DNA of 64,000 nucleotides, taken from assembly GCA_036170475.1 (NCBI GenBank), contig JAVHPE010000206.1, forward strand, positions 91,080-155,079, written 5' to 3'. Positions within the stretch are counted from its first letter, which is position 1; each line of letters opens with the position of its first letter. The position numbers and the translations under genes were made by a program. This stretch comes from Bacteroidia bacterium. GTDB lineage: Bacteria; Bacteroidota; Bacteroidia; 2-12-FULL-35-15. The notes below the pieces were generated by a model. The model made no database searches. It saw only the letters and a list, made by a program, of their open reading frames with translations, and was not told where the DNA came from. Positions 18,903 to 29,356 of this stretch are shown piece after piece.

Positions 18903-21413
18903 ATGACAACTAAATTTTTAAAAATTTTTTTCCTGATTTTTATTTTTTTTACTTCCACGGTACTGTTTGCACAAAGTACTGCCACAATTTACGGCAGAAT
19001 AACCAATAGTGAAAATGAGCCCATTGAAGATATCAGTATTTCTATTTTTGGATCCTCACAGTCTCCTGTTTACACTGATAAAAAAGGTGAATTTAATTAT
19101 ACCATACCCGCCGATCAGGAAGTAACAATTGTTTTTTACAGCCTCACCTATAATCAGGAACAGCGCAAGGTAAAGCTTTCTCCTAATGAGAAACTTGATT
19201 TGAGTAAAGCCTTGACTTTTAAAAATTTGATTAAAGAAGTTGTAGTAAGCGATGGCAACCGTTTTTTGGAGGTTACCCGCCTCGATCCGCTTCATATAAC
19301 GCATATCCCTACCGCCAGTCAGGATTTTAATGCTATTTTATTTACACTACCGGGTGTATCAAATCGTAATGAATTAAGCTCGGCATATTCTGTACGTGGT
19401 GGAAATTTTGATGAAAATTTAGTGTATGTAAATGGCATTGAAGTGTATCGCCCCTTTCTTGTTCGCTCCGGCCAGCAAGAAGGATTGAGTTTCATTAATC
19501 CTGATTTGGTTTCTTCCGTATTATTTTCGGCGGGAGGTTTTGAAGCCAAGTATGGCGATAAAATGTCATCTGTATTGGATGTACAATATCGCAGACCACG
19601 CAAATTTGCAGGTACAGTTTCCGGAAGTTTGCTTGGTACCAATTTTCATTTGGAAGGCAGCACAAAAAATTACCGTCTCACCTGGCTAATTGGTGCACGT
19701 TATAAAACCAATAAATATTTATTAAGCGGATTAGATACCAAAGGAAATTACAAACCTTTTTTTGGTGATGTACAAACCTATATTACCTACGATTTAAGCC
19801 CTGACTGGGAACTTGATTTTTTAGGTAACTATGCCACTAACAAATACCAGATAATTCCTGAAAATCGGGAGACTGATTTTGGCACCCTGAATCAGGCATT
19901 GCGTTTAAAAATTTATTTTGACGGTCAGGAGGTAGATAAGTTTACCACAATGATGGGAGCTTTATCCACCATTTATCATGATCATAATGAAAAATGGAAT
20001 TTGAAATTTATTGGCTCTGCCTTTAGAAGCAAAGAAAGTGAAGCTTTTGATATACAAGGACAATATTATATTGATGAACTTGAAACCGATTTTGGCAAAC
20101 CTACATTTGGTGATGTTGTTGCAAACAGAGGTGTTGGAACATTTTTGAATCACTCAAGGACTAATCTTTCTGCATACGTATTTAGTGCTGAACACAAAGG
20201 GACTTATACTGTTGGTCCTAAACAATTATTATGGGGTGCAAAATATTCAAATGAAATCATCACCGATAAATTAAGTGAATGGAAATATGTTGATAGTGCC
20301 GGTTTTTCCATGCCAATAACTGATCCTCAACAAATTATTTTACAAGATGTTGTCAAACAAAAAATAAATATTTCCTCCAATCGTGTTTCAGGATTTGTTG
20401 AAGGAATATGGAAAAAAGAAATGAGAGATTCCTCCCTTGTATCGTTCATTGGCGGACTCCGTGCCAATTATTGGGATTTGAATCATCAGGCATTGGTTGG
20501 ACCACGTGCCACATTTGGTTTAAAGCCCTACTGGAAAAAAGATTTTTTATTTAAATTTTCCTCCGGCTATTATTATCAGCCACCATTTTATAGAGAGTTG
20601 CGTGATACCAAAGGAGTTGTTAATTATAATATCAAAGCACAAACATCCATTCACTTTGTGTTAACAAGCGATTATAATTTTAAATCGTGGAAACGTCCTT
20701 TTAAATTTATCGCAGAGGCCTATTATAAATATTTAGATAATCTGATACCGTACGAAGTGGATAATGTTCGTATCCGATATTCCGCAAAAAATAATGCGAG
20801 GGGGTACGCTACAGGTATTGATTTAAAAGTGAATGGTGAATTTGTAAAAGGGCTGGAATCATGGGCTTCTATGTCCGTAATGGAAACACGTGAAGATATA
20901 AAAGATGATTTTTATTATGAATATTATAACAGCGATGGTCAAAAAATTATACCCGGTTATACTTTTAATAACGTCCCAACAGATAGTGTCCGCTTTGAAC
21001 TGGGCTATATTCCACGTCCTACAGATCAACGTGTGAATTTTGGTTTATTTTTTCAGGATAAAATGCCCGGTCATCCAGACTTAAAAATGCACTTGAATTT
21101 ATTATTCGGAAGTGGTGTACCCTTTGGTCCGCCTAACTCACCGCGTTACAAACAGACCTTACACATGCCTCCTTACCGAAGAGTAGATATTGGTTTTTCG
21201 TATCAGGCATTACGGGAAGATAGAAAAACAAAACCTCAAAGTCCGGTACGTTATCTTAAATCGGTTTGGATAAGTTTAGAAGTTTTTAATCTATTGGGGA
21301 CCAATAATACTATTTCATATATTTGGGTGGAAGATGTTACCAATCGTCAGTATGCTGTACCTAATTATTTAACCCAACGACAACTGAATTTGCGCATGAT
21401 TGTGAAGTTTTAG
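18903..21413 (+). CDS. TonB-dependent receptor-like outer-membrane protein with N-terminal carboxypeptidase-regulatory-like domain
   Basis: Signal peptide and a CarbopepD_reg N-terminal domain (TIYGRITNSENEPIEDISISIFG...). Plug-like region, then a long beta-rich barrel ending in a C-terminal Phe (…MIVKF). Confidence 0.6.
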   Translation: MTTKFLKIFFLIFIFFTSTVLFAQSTATIYGRITNSENEPIEDISISIFGSSQSPVYTDKKGEFNYTIPADQEVTIVFYSLTYNQEQRKVKLSPNEKLDLSKALTFKNLIKEVVVSDGNRFLEVTRLDPLHITHIPTASQDFNAILFTLPGVSNRNELSSAYSVRGGNFDENLVYVNGIEVYRPFLVRSGQQEGLSFINPDLVSSVLFSAGGFEAKYGDKMSSVLDVQYRRPRKFAGTVSGSLLGTNFHLEGSTKNYRLTWLIGARYKTNKYLLSGLDTKGNYKPFFGDVQTYITYDLSPDWELDFLGNYATNKYQIIPENRETDFGTLNQALRLKIYFDGQEVDKFTTMMGALSTIYHDHNEKWNLKFIGSAFRSKESEAFDIQGQYYIDELETDFGKPTFGDVVANRGVGTFLNHSRTNLSAYVFSAEHKGTYTVGPKQLLWGAKYSNEIITDKLSEWKYVDSAGFSMPITDPQQIILQDVVKQKINISSNRVSGFVEGIWKKEMRDSSLVSFIGGLRANYWDLNHQALVGPRATFGLKPYWKKDFLFKFSSGYYYQPPFYRELRDTKGVVNYNIKAQTSIHFVLTSDYNFKSWKRPFKFIAEAYYKYLDNLIPYEVDNVRIRYSAKNNARGYATGIDLKVNGEFVKGLESWASMSVMETREDIKDDFYYEYYNSDGQKIIPGYTFNNVPTDSVRFELGYIPRPTDQRVNFGLFFQDKMPGHPDLKMHLNLLFGSGVPFGPPNSPRYKQTLHMPPYRRVDIGFSYQALREDRKTKPQSPVRYLKSVWISLEVFNLLGTNNTISYIWVEDVTNRQYAVPNYLTQRQLNLRMIVKF

Positions 21414-21456
21414 CAGGTTCACAATTTTCAAAAACAAATTAACAAATTAGCAGAAT

Positions 21457-22233
21457 ATGTCATTTATACTAACCGAAGTGGATGGAAGTGTATTAAAAAT
21501 TACACTTAACCGTCCCGATAAATTCAATAGCTTTAACCGTGAAATGGCTTTTCAGATGCAGTCCGCATTGGATAAAGCCGCTACTGACAGTACAATTCGT
21601 GCAGTTTATATTACCGGTAATGGAAAAGCATTTTGTGCAGGACAAGATCTCGTAGAAATAGTTGATCCCAAAGGGATAGGGCTTGAGAGAATAGTAACAG
21701 AACATTACAACCCCATCATCGAAAAAATCAGAAACCTTGAAAAACCTGTTGTTTGCGCTGTAAATGGCGTTGCTGCTGGGGCAGGTGCGAACATTGCATT
21801 ATCTTGTGATATTGTAATAGCAGCGAGTTCTGTTGTTTTTATTCAGGCCTTTAGTAAAATCGGGTTGATACCAGATAGTGGAGGAACATTTTTTCTGCCT
21901 CGTTTAATTGGTTTTGGAAAAGCATCGGCATTAATGATGTTAGGAGATAAAGTTTCTGCTGCAGATGCAGAAAAAATGGGCATGATTTACAAAGTAATTG
22001 AAGATGATAAATTGCGGGAAAATGCATTAAAAACAGCAAAAACACTGTCTGACATGCCAACCAAGGCAATTGGTTTTACAAAACGTTTATTAAATCAATC
22101 CATGAATAATACACTTGAACAGCAATTGAGTGCTGAAGGAACAGAACAAATAAATGCATCTAAAACGTTTGATTATAAAGAGGGCGTAAATGCTTTTATT
22201 GAAAAACGTAAAGCTGTGTTTAAGGGGGAATAG
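21457..22233 (+). CDS. Enoyl-CoA hydratase/isomerase (crotonase superfamily)
   Basis: Crotonase fold motifs AFCAGQDL, VNGVAAGAGANIAL.CD and the PDSGGTFFLPRL oxyanion-hole region. Confidence 0.85.
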   Translation: MSFILTEVDGSVLKITLNRPDKFNSFNREMAFQMQSALDKAATDSTIRAVYITGNGKAFCAGQDLVEIVDPKGIGLERIVTEHYNPIIEKIRNLEKPVVCAVNGVAAGAGANIALSCDIVIAASSVVFIQAFSKIGLIPDSGGTFFLPRLIGFGKASALMMLGDKVSAADAEKMGMIYKVIEDDKLRENALKTAKTLSDMPTKAIGFTKRLLNQSMNNTLEQQLSAEGTEQINASKTFDYKEGVNAFIEKRKAVFKGE

Positions 22234-22246
22234 ATATAAAAATTGC

Positions 22247-23215
22247 TTACTTCTTCTTTTTGTTTTTTTTCTTTATAATGAGCGTATTGCTTTCGTGAGT
22301 GTTTTTGGCATTACGGGGATCCGTATAAAGCTTGTCTGTAGGCTCCTTTTCATTGGTAGCGTTCACATCCGTTCCGTAATTCCATTTACCATGTTTAAAA
22401 CCAAAACCGTCATAACTCATATCAGTGCAATAATATTGATATTGGCCTTCTAACTGTGGTTGCTCAGGCGCTAAATGGTCAAACACGATGGAATCTTTTT
22501 TAGAACTGTATTTAAGCGACATAGAGCATGTTGCGGCGTATTCAAAAATTATCCTTTTGGGATTTTTTTTCGGCATATTAAAAATATCAGCACCAAAACG
22601 TGGGTTACCATTGTCATCAAATGTTAATACATCGATAATCTTTTTCATGCTTAATTTATCATTGCCATCCCATGCCAATAAGGTATAATAGGTTTTATTC
22701 TTCGTTTTTTTTGTAATGATTTTATAATACAACATACCAAACCATTTTTTATTGTCAGTAATCGAATTTTCGGGATTTTTTGTTTCCGCGGATTTATCAA
22801 TTAATGGATATAACTGAATTGTTTCAGTTTTTTCTTTTTTGAAAAAACCAATTTTTTTTATTTGAATATGTTTATACTGAATAAATCCAAAGTATTCCTG
22901 TGTTCCATCACTATATGGCACATTCCAATTTATGATTCTGAATGATTTATCGGAGGGAGTTAATCGAGCTACATCGTTTAAAGAGTCGAATGCATAATCG
23001 AAAGAATTTGGTTTATTTAAAGCCAATTCAAAAGTTTTAAGTAATTGATGGTTATATTTTTGTTTATCAATATCCGTATTTGAACTGTATAATTTTTTGC
23101 AAATAATCTTCAGTGTATCATTATACAAATCAAAGGCTTGCTTCTGTGCAGCCATCTCCTGTGCGGAAACATGAATTGAAATAAAGAATAAAATCTGAGA
23201 GATTACTTTTTTCAT
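22247..23215 (-). CDS. Secreted hypothetical protein with Lys-rich C-terminal tail
   Basis: Signal peptide; no known domain. C-terminus is …IIKKKNKKKK. Confidence 0.45.
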   Translation of the reverse strand: MKKVISQILFFISIHVSAQEMAAQKQAFDLYNDTLKIICKKLYSSNTDIDKQKYNHQLLKTFELALNKPNSFDYAFDSLNDVARLTPSDKSFRIINWNVPYSDGTQEYFGFIQYKHIQIKKIGFFKKEKTETIQLYPLIDKSAETKNPENSITDNKKWFGMLYYKIITKKTKNKTYYTLLAWDGNDKLSMKKIIDVLTFDDNGNPRFGADIFNMPKKNPKRIIFEYAATCSMSLKYSSKKDSIVFDHLAPEQPQLEGQYQYYCTDMSYDGFGFKHGKWNYGTDVNATNEKEPTDKLYTDPRNAKNTHESNTLIIKKKNKKKK

Positions 23216-23245
23216 TAATAAAAAAGAATAAAATTAAAATCGCAA

Positions 23246-23280
23246 ACCCTCTTAACATCCCATTCAGAGAGATTAAGAGG
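23246..23280 (-). terminator. Putative rho-independent terminator downstream of the ferredoxin gene
   Basis: 9-bp stem ccctcttaa/ttaagaggg with a 17-nt loop, followed on the minus strand by a T-rich tract. Confidence 0.4.
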
Positions 23281-23351
23281 GACCGCCGGATTTGGAGAAT
23301 AATTAGTGGCTAATGATTAATAACCCAAAACGTAATTTCCTACTGAAAATT

Positions 23352-23702
23352 TTATGAAATATGTAAAGTGCCTTTTTTTGCTAATAAGTCTTCATTGCTT
23401 TCAGGCCAGTTTTCATCATTCACACAGCAATCAACCGGACAAACAGAAGCACATTGCGGCTCATCGTGGAAACCCACACATTCAGTACATTTATCAGAAA
23501 CTATAAAATAATTATCCATTGCAACAGGGGGTTGTGCTGTGTCGGCATCAACAGTCAATCCGCTTTTCCCGGTAAATAACCCCTTTACATTTGTCCCATC
23601 AGAAAAACGCCATTCATTACCACCTTCATAAATTGCATTATTGGGACATTCCGGTTCACATGCGCCACAATTAATGCACTCCTCCGTAATTTTAATTGCC
23701 AT
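23352..23702 (-). CDS. 2x[4Fe-4S] ferredoxin
   Basis: Two CxxCxxCxxxCP-type clusters ([12 protein letters not shown]; CTECVGF...CASVCP). Confidence 0.85.
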   Translation of the reverse strand: MAIKITEECINCGACEPECPNNAIYEGGNEWRFSDGTNVKGLFTGKSGLTVDADTAQPPVAMDNYFIVSDKCTECVGFHDEPQCASVCPVDCCVNDENWPESNEDLLAKKGTLHIS

Positions 23703-23870
23703 ACGAGTCTTTTGTTTTTGTTAATTTTGTGAAAAATAATTTTACGAATATACAAATAATCCAGTAGGCAATTTTGTGGCAAGCAATTTTGCGGTAAGCA
23801 ATAAACAATTGATAAAAGGCTTCGGTTGTTATCAATTACGCAGATTTGTATTCAATAAAATTTGTAATTT

Positions 23871-24950
23871 TTGGAAGTAATGACAGTAGATAACCGAATA
23901 AAAGCCTTTGTTACACTGGGAAAATTCTTAAAACAGTTTTCGGAGCAAGGAAAGAAACAAACGGAAAATAAACTAAACAAAACTTTTTATGATGACTTTA
24001 ACGAGTTGATTCAATCATCGCATTTCAACAATGGTTGGTTTACGGAAGTTAATGTTCGTAATGCTATAGAAGCCATTGTTTTAACATTAAATGAAAATTC
24101 CCTTGTTGATTGGGTTTCAAACTATATAAAAATAATTTCGGTAAAGAAACAAGCAAAAAACGTTGCTGTTATAATGGCTGGAAATATCCCAATGGTAGGA
24201 TTTCATGATATGTTATGTGTTCTGCTTTCAGGAAATAAATTTACAGGAAAATTATCATCTGAGGATAAACTGCTGTTGCCGGCTATTGCAAAAGTTTTAG
24301 TCGCTATTGAACCTGGATTTATAAGTTATATTGAGTTTACAGAGGGTCAGTTAAAAAATATTGATGCTGTAATTGCCACAGGTAGTAATAATTCGGCTCG
24401 TTATTTTGAATATTATTTTGGGAAATATCCACATATTATTCGTAAAAACAGAAATTCGGTAGCTGTCCTGAAAGGTAATGAGAGCAGGGAAGACCTAAAA
24501 CTTTTAGGAAAAGATATTTTTCAATATTTTGGATTAGGCTGTCGTAATGTTTCTAAATTATTTGTGCCGAAAGGTTATAAATTTGACTTGTTTTATGAAT
24601 CTGTGTTTGATTTCCAATATGTTTTAAATAATAATAAATACGGTAATAATTATGACTATAACCGTACTGTGTATTTGATGAGTAAGCAGCCTTCATTATT
24701 GGATAATAATTTTTTATTATTAAAAGAAGATACTGGTTATACTTCACCGATTGGTGTTTTGTTTTATGAATTTTACAATGATACAGCAACTTTAAATCTC
24801 CGACTTCAAAAGGATGAAGAACAACTTCAATGTGTTGTTTCAAATGCTTCGGATATTAATAAGTCATGCCATTTTGGAGAAGCCCAATATCCAAAATTAT
24901 TTGAATACGCTGATGGTGTAGATACTATGAGGTTTTTGATTGTTTTGTAG
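23871..24950 (+). CDS. LuxC-like acyl-CoA reductase family protein (putative)
   Basis: About 350-aa protein with an IMAGNIPMVGFHDMLCVLLSGN segment, recalled as typical of Bacteroidota acyl-CoA reductase (LuxC) homologues. Assignment is from memory only. Confidence 0.45.
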   Translation: MEVMTVDNRIKAFVTLGKFLKQFSEQGKKQTENKLNKTFYDDFNELIQSSHFNNGWFTEVNVRNAIEAIVLTLNENSLVDWVSNYIKIISVKKQAKNVAVIMAGNIPMVGFHDMLCVLLSGNKFTGKLSSEDKLLLPAIAKVLVAIEPGFISYIEFTEGQLKNIDAVIATGSNNSARYFEYYFGKYPHIIRKNRNSVAVLKGNESREDLKLLGKDIFQYFGLGCRNVSKLFVPKGYKFDLFYESVFDFQYVLNNNKYGNNYDYNRTVYLMSKQPSLLDNNFLLLKEDTGYTSPIGVLFYEFYNDTATLNLRLQKDEEQLQCVVSNASDINKSCHFGEAQYPKLFEYADGVDTMRFLIVL

Positions 24951-25211
24951 TTTTTTTATTAATTTGAACAACCTGTTTTTTATCGTACCTTAGCTCCACT
25001 AAAAAAATATTTTTAACTTTAAAGATCAATATTGGATTTAGGACAAACTAAATTTTTCTTTTTGTCTCAGGTTCATATAATAGAGTTTATATAAGTTAAG
25101 GCTGATTCCAAACTCTCCCTCTCCTTTTTCAAGGAGAGGGAAGGGGAGAAGGGAAAAAAAATAGAATAGTTTCTTAACTTAGATAAACTCTAATATTTTT
25201 AAAATAGTAAG

Positions 25212-26585
25212 ATGAAAAATTCTATCATGGGATATTTAGTTCCCTTAAATTTGTTAGGAGAATTAGTAATAATAAATATCCTATTATTAACCTCATTTTT
25301 TATTGCTACTACCGCTGCCGTTGATGCAGATATTCTGATTTTTTCTTCTCTTGCCTGGTTTTTCAGCACTTTTTTTACTAAATATTATTACCAGAGTCGC
25401 TCCCCCGGAATTTTAAACAGCATTTTGAATTTATGCACCTTATATGGATTTTTTATTCTCGTGTTTTTTACCTTTATTGGTTTTTTTCATAAAAATCAAT
25501 TTTCTGATATCCTGATTTTGCACTATTTCTTAGGGCTGTTTATATCCCTTTTGATATGGCGAATTGCAGTTTTTTTTATTCTGTTAAAATGGTTAGTGCG
25601 AACAAATAAAAATAAAAAAAATATTGTAATCGTTGGATTAAGTACAAACAGTATATTTTTAAAAGAATTTATTGTAAAACATCCGGAATATGGTTATGTA
25701 GTATTGGGCTTTTTTTCAGATAATATTACCAACACTTCTAAAGAAAAAATTTTAGGAACATACGCTGAAGTTGAACATTTTGTTCTAAACAATGCGGTAA
25801 CTGAAATAATATGTTCATTAGAAAAGGTGGATAAAGACACGTTAAATTCGCTAATAAATTTTGCGGAAAATAACTTTATAACGATAAAATTTACACCTGA
25901 TTCTTCTGGTATTTTGGGATATAACTTTGTTTTAAGTTACTTCGAATTAATACCTCTTTTATTAATCCGTAAAAATCCATTTGATGAAATATCAAATCAA
26001 TATTTAAAACGCACTTTTGATTTGTGTTTTTCTTTTATAATTATTATTTGTGTTTTATCCTGGCTAATACCAATCATTGCTTGTTTTATATTGATAAATT
26101 CAAAAGGACCTGTGTTTTTTATTCAGAAGAGAAGTGGTTTAAATAATAAACCTTTTAATTGTTATAAGTTCAGAACGATGAGAGAAAATGAAATGGCTCA
26201 TACGCTTCAGGCAACAATAAATGATCCCCGGCTGACGAAGGTGGGTTCATTTTTGCGAAAAACGAGTTTAGATGAATTTCCGCAGTTTTTAAATGTTTTA
26301 TTTGGCACAATGTCTATTGTAGGACCAAGACCCCACATGTTAAAACATACGGAAGAATATTCAAAAAAAATTGACAGGTATATGGTTCGGCACTCCATAA
26401 AACCGGGAATAACAGGATTATCTCAAATCATGGGTTATCGTGGTGAAACGAAAGAACTTTACCAGATGAAAATGAGGGCAAGAGTGGATAGATTTTACAT
26501 TGAGAATTGGACTTTCTACTTGGATATAAAAGTTATTTTTTATACAATAATTTCATTATTTAAAAAGGATAATAACGTTTATTAA
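25212..26585 (+). CDS. Undecaprenyl-phosphate sugar phosphotransferase (polyprenyl glycosylphosphotransferase, WbaP/CpsE-like initiating transferase)
   Basis: N-terminal TM bundle plus a C-terminal bacterial sugar transferase domain (KRTFDLCFSF...PVFFIQKRSG...FRTM...DEFPQFLNVLFGTMSIVGPRP). Confidence 0.85.
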   Translation: MKNSIMGYLVPLNLLGELVIINILLLTSFFIATTAAVDADILIFSSLAWFFSTFFTKYYYQSRSPGILNSILNLCTLYGFFILVFFTFIGFFHKNQFSDILILHYFLGLFISLLIWRIAVFFILLKWLVRTNKNKKNIVIVGLSTNSIFLKEFIVKHPEYGYVVLGFFSDNITNTSKEKILGTYAEVEHFVLNNAVTEIICSLEKVDKDTLNSLINFAENNFITIKFTPDSSGILGYNFVLSYFELIPLLLIRKNPFDEISNQYLKRTFDLCFSFIIIICVLSWLIPIIACFILINSKGPVFFIQKRSGLNNKPFNCYKFRTMRENEMAHTLQATINDPRLTKVGSFLRKTSLDEFPQFLNVLFGTMSIVGPRPHMLKHTEEYSKKIDRYMVRHSIKPGITGLSQIMGYRGETKELYQMKMRARVDRFYIENWTFYLDIKVIFYTIISLFKKDNNVY

Positions 26586-26691
26586 CTGAATCTTCCCAGA
26601 GTAAATGGGTTTTATCCTTTACTTAGAAACAATACTTCGGTACTTTTAAAATCGTCAGTGCTAAAGCCCTTTATTAGTACTGTTTTGAATA

Positions 26692-26713
26692 ACCCCGCCT
26701 TTAAAGGCGGGGT
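26692..26713. terminator. Bidirectional terminator hairpin between convergent genes
   Basis: Stem accccgcc-tttaaa-ggcggggt (8 bp) lying between the sugar transferase gene (+) and the Wzz-like gene (-). Confidence 0.5.
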
Positions 26714-26800
26714 TACAACGAAAACCAATGAACACATAGACTTTAGTCCCTACTTGAAAAAAACTACCGAACTATTAAGAAACAAAATAAAATATTTATT

Positions 26801-27700
26801 TTATACTATTGTTTTCCTTTTCTCTTTATAAGCTGCGATGATCAAACCTAATAAAAATGTCATCGAAGTACATAGTGCGATATTTAGAAATAACCTCGGA
26901 CTATCCGGTTTTTTTCTTGGTGTAAAAGACTGTATTACCTGAATATTTTCACTAAGAATTAAATCAGAGTTAATGGTTAGGTTTTCCTGAAAAAGTGTAA
27001 TACCTTCTTTATAGATATTTACTGGGTCTATCGGTTGCCCAAAAACAAAGCCAGATGTGTTTCCTCTGGGTAGCAAATTAGATGCGACAATAAATTTTAA
27101 GCTGTCCAGTAAGTGAATTTCATTAACCAGTTTTTGCTGCATTAATTTCAGATTTTCTTTTTTGATCGCTTTTCTTTTTAAGGAATATTCATTGTTTTCA
27201 AAGTAATTTACAAGCGCTTTTTGAAGGGTGTCAAATATCGCAATGTTTGAAACAGAAGCCTTTATTTTAAATGGAAGACCAAGAACGACGGTATCCTTAT
27301 CTTCATATTTTTTTGCAAGTTTATCGTTATAATTAAGGAATTCAATTTTCTTAATCTCTTTGGCTAAACTAATATCTACTTTTAATTCTTTTGCAAGCAA
27401 TTCCGGAGCATCGTCCTTTACCATTTGATTCAGTTCATTTACCATATCATAACAAAATTGATTGTTAAGTGTAGTAGAAGATACCGTAAGGTAGGAGATA
27501 TAAATGGGTTTCATAATACAAGTCAATCCAACGCCTATTAATATTCCCAAGACAGAAAAAACGGTAAGGAAACCAATTTTTCTTTTAATGAAAAGAAAAA
27601 AGTTGATAAATGTCTGTCCTATTGCAGAAAATGTTTGTTTTATTTTATCAAAAATAATACTGAGATTTACTTCTTCTTCAGTTTTAGAATTATTATCCAT
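26801..27700 (-). CDS. Wzz-like chain-length determinant protein
   Basis: TM at about aa 43-65, periplasmic domain and a C-terminal TM (LFLNIALCTSMTFLLGLIIAAY). Last gene of the polysaccharide operon. Confidence 0.55.
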   Translation of the reverse strand: MDNNSKTEEEVNLSIIFDKIKQTFSAIGQTFINFFLFIKRKIGFLTVFSVLGILIGVGLTCIMKPIYISYLTVSSTTLNNQFCYDMVNELNQMVKDDAPELLAKELKVDISLAKEIKKIEFLNYNDKLAKKYEDKDTVVLGLPFKIKASVSNIAIFDTLQKALVNYFENNEYSLKRKAIKKENLKLMQQKLVNEIHLLDSLKFIVASNLLPRGNTSGFVFGQPIDPVNIYKEGITLFQENLTINSDLILSENIQVIQSFTPRKKPDSPRLFLNIALCTSMTFLLGLIIAAYKEKRKTIV

Positions 27701-27855
27701 CCGGTTATGTTATATAGTTTTTAAGAGATTAACAGCTACAAATGTAAGAAATAATTTGTACTTTAATTTTCATCATAAGTATTGGGTTGACAATTGTTTC
27801 CCCTGTTTGGTTATCGTTATTATTTATACTGTTTGTTTTATATGCTCCCAAAATC

Positions 27856-29130
27856 TTAATCAAAGGTTTCTTTTTTATTTTTGTTAAAATGAAAAAAAAG
27901 GAGAGCGTTAAAAAAGGCAAAAAACATCACACCGTGTTGTCTTTCGAGCAATGATTCAGTAAGGCAACAAAGTGAAAACAAAAAAATAAAACATAGATAA
28001 AGTTTATTGTCATCACGAAACCCTTGAATGAAAGGGAAGAGCAATGACAAAATAAAAACGATCGTTCCAATTAAACCAGTTCCTAGCAGGTATTGGAAAT
28101 ACTGGTTGTGTGGGTTCATCCCTTTTAAGGAACTGAATTTAAGTCCATCAGTACAGTTATCCAAATCATCTTGAACATCTCCCACTCCAGTGCCGATAAT
28201 GGGACTTTTTTTGAAACTTTCAATGGTGCATTTAAGCATACTTACTCTGCAACCGATACTATTCCATGAATTATTTCCAATCTCATAGTTGGTTGAATTA
28301 AACAAAGAAAAAAAACGCTTATAAGAATATGGAGAGCTGTTGATAGTAATAAAAAAAATACTTGCAGGTATAATAAGGAATAAAAGTCCTGTAATCCAGC
28401 GTTTTGTCCTGATAATAAAAGTAACACAAACAATTAATGTCAATAAAAATACCGAAATAATTGACATTTTTCCTCCCAACAGAAATAAAAAAAACAAGAG
28501 AAAGGCAATAAGTATTAAAACCAGAATTGAAATGTAATTATGTTTTTCTTTTACAATTAAAAAGTAAAATAAAATAATAATTGTAAATGATACATATAAG
28601 CTGAGATAGACATGCGATATATCAAGAAACTGAATGCTCATAGTTGTTCCAAATAATTCAGGCATGATAGTGGCTAAAGAGTTCGCGGCATAATTTCTAT
28701 AAATGGCATAAATGAAAGAACTTATGGCGGCAATTGAACAGCCAATAACAAAGGAGTGTATTATGAACAGGGTAGTTTTCTTTTCCAGTTTGATTGTAAA
28801 AAATAGCAGTGGAAATATTAAAAGAGAAAGTGTTTTTTGAATAGAAAAAATACCTTCTGCTTTATTTTGCGCATATAATAGGCTCAGCAACGGGATTAAA
28901 AATATTAAAATAAAAATAAAAACAAATTTATTTTTTAATGCATTAAAGATATTTCTGTAGCCACCCAATAATATCCATATTACTATTATTGCAATGGTTA
29001 TAATAGAACTTATAATAATGGGAAAGGGAAATGATGCCGGCAATAAAACCAGCAGAAGATAAAAAAAACGATTCAAAATATTTTCAAAATACTTTTTATT
29101 TAAAGCAATGGCAGACATTTCAAATGGCAT
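27856..29130 (-). CDS. O-antigen ligase / Wzy-family membrane protein
   Basis: Polytopic membrane protein. A periplasmic loop carries NPHNQYFQYLLGTGLIG (H-N-x-Y-L-type O-antigen-ligase motif). Confidence 0.65.
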   Translation of the reverse strand: MPFEMSAIALNKKYFENILNRFFYLLLVLLPASFPFPIIISSIITIAIIVIWILLGGYRNIFNALKNKFVFIFILIFLIPLLSLLYAQNKAEGIFSIQKTLSLLIFPLLFFTIKLEKKTTLFIIHSFVIGCSIAAISSFIYAIYRNYAANSLATIMPELFGTTMSIQFLDISHVYLSLYVSFTIIILFYFLIVKEKHNYISILVLILIAFLLFFLFLLGGKMSIISVFLLTLIVCVTFIIRTKRWITGLLFLIIPASIFFITINSSPYSYKRFFSLFNSTNYEIGNNSWNSIGCRVSMLKCTIESFKKSPIIGTGVGDVQDDLDNCTDGLKFSSLKGMNPHNQYFQYLLGTGLIGTIVFILSLLFPFIQGFRDDNKLYLCFIFLFSLCCLTESLLERQHGVMFFAFFNALLFFHFNKNKKETFD

Positions 29131-29356
29131 TAGTTAATGTTTTATATTCATTTTCATATTGTTGCGCTATTGATTTAACATTGAAATAGTTTGTAAAAAC
29201 AAATTTGAAATCTTCCCATATTCTTCCAACGTTTCCCTTTCTCTATTCATAGAATTTATTCGTTACATTAGTATTATAAATAAAACCGATTGTATAAATC
29301 GTCACAGCCGAGCCCCTATTTTCAAATATTGTCAATTTGTTGAATGTGCATTTTTG

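Noticed and set aside
25118-25141. Hairpin ccctctcc-N8-ggagaggg upstream of the sugar transferase gene, considered as a terminator
   Set aside because: It is not followed by a U-run in either orientation and lies about 170 bp from the preceding gene end. Left unclassified.
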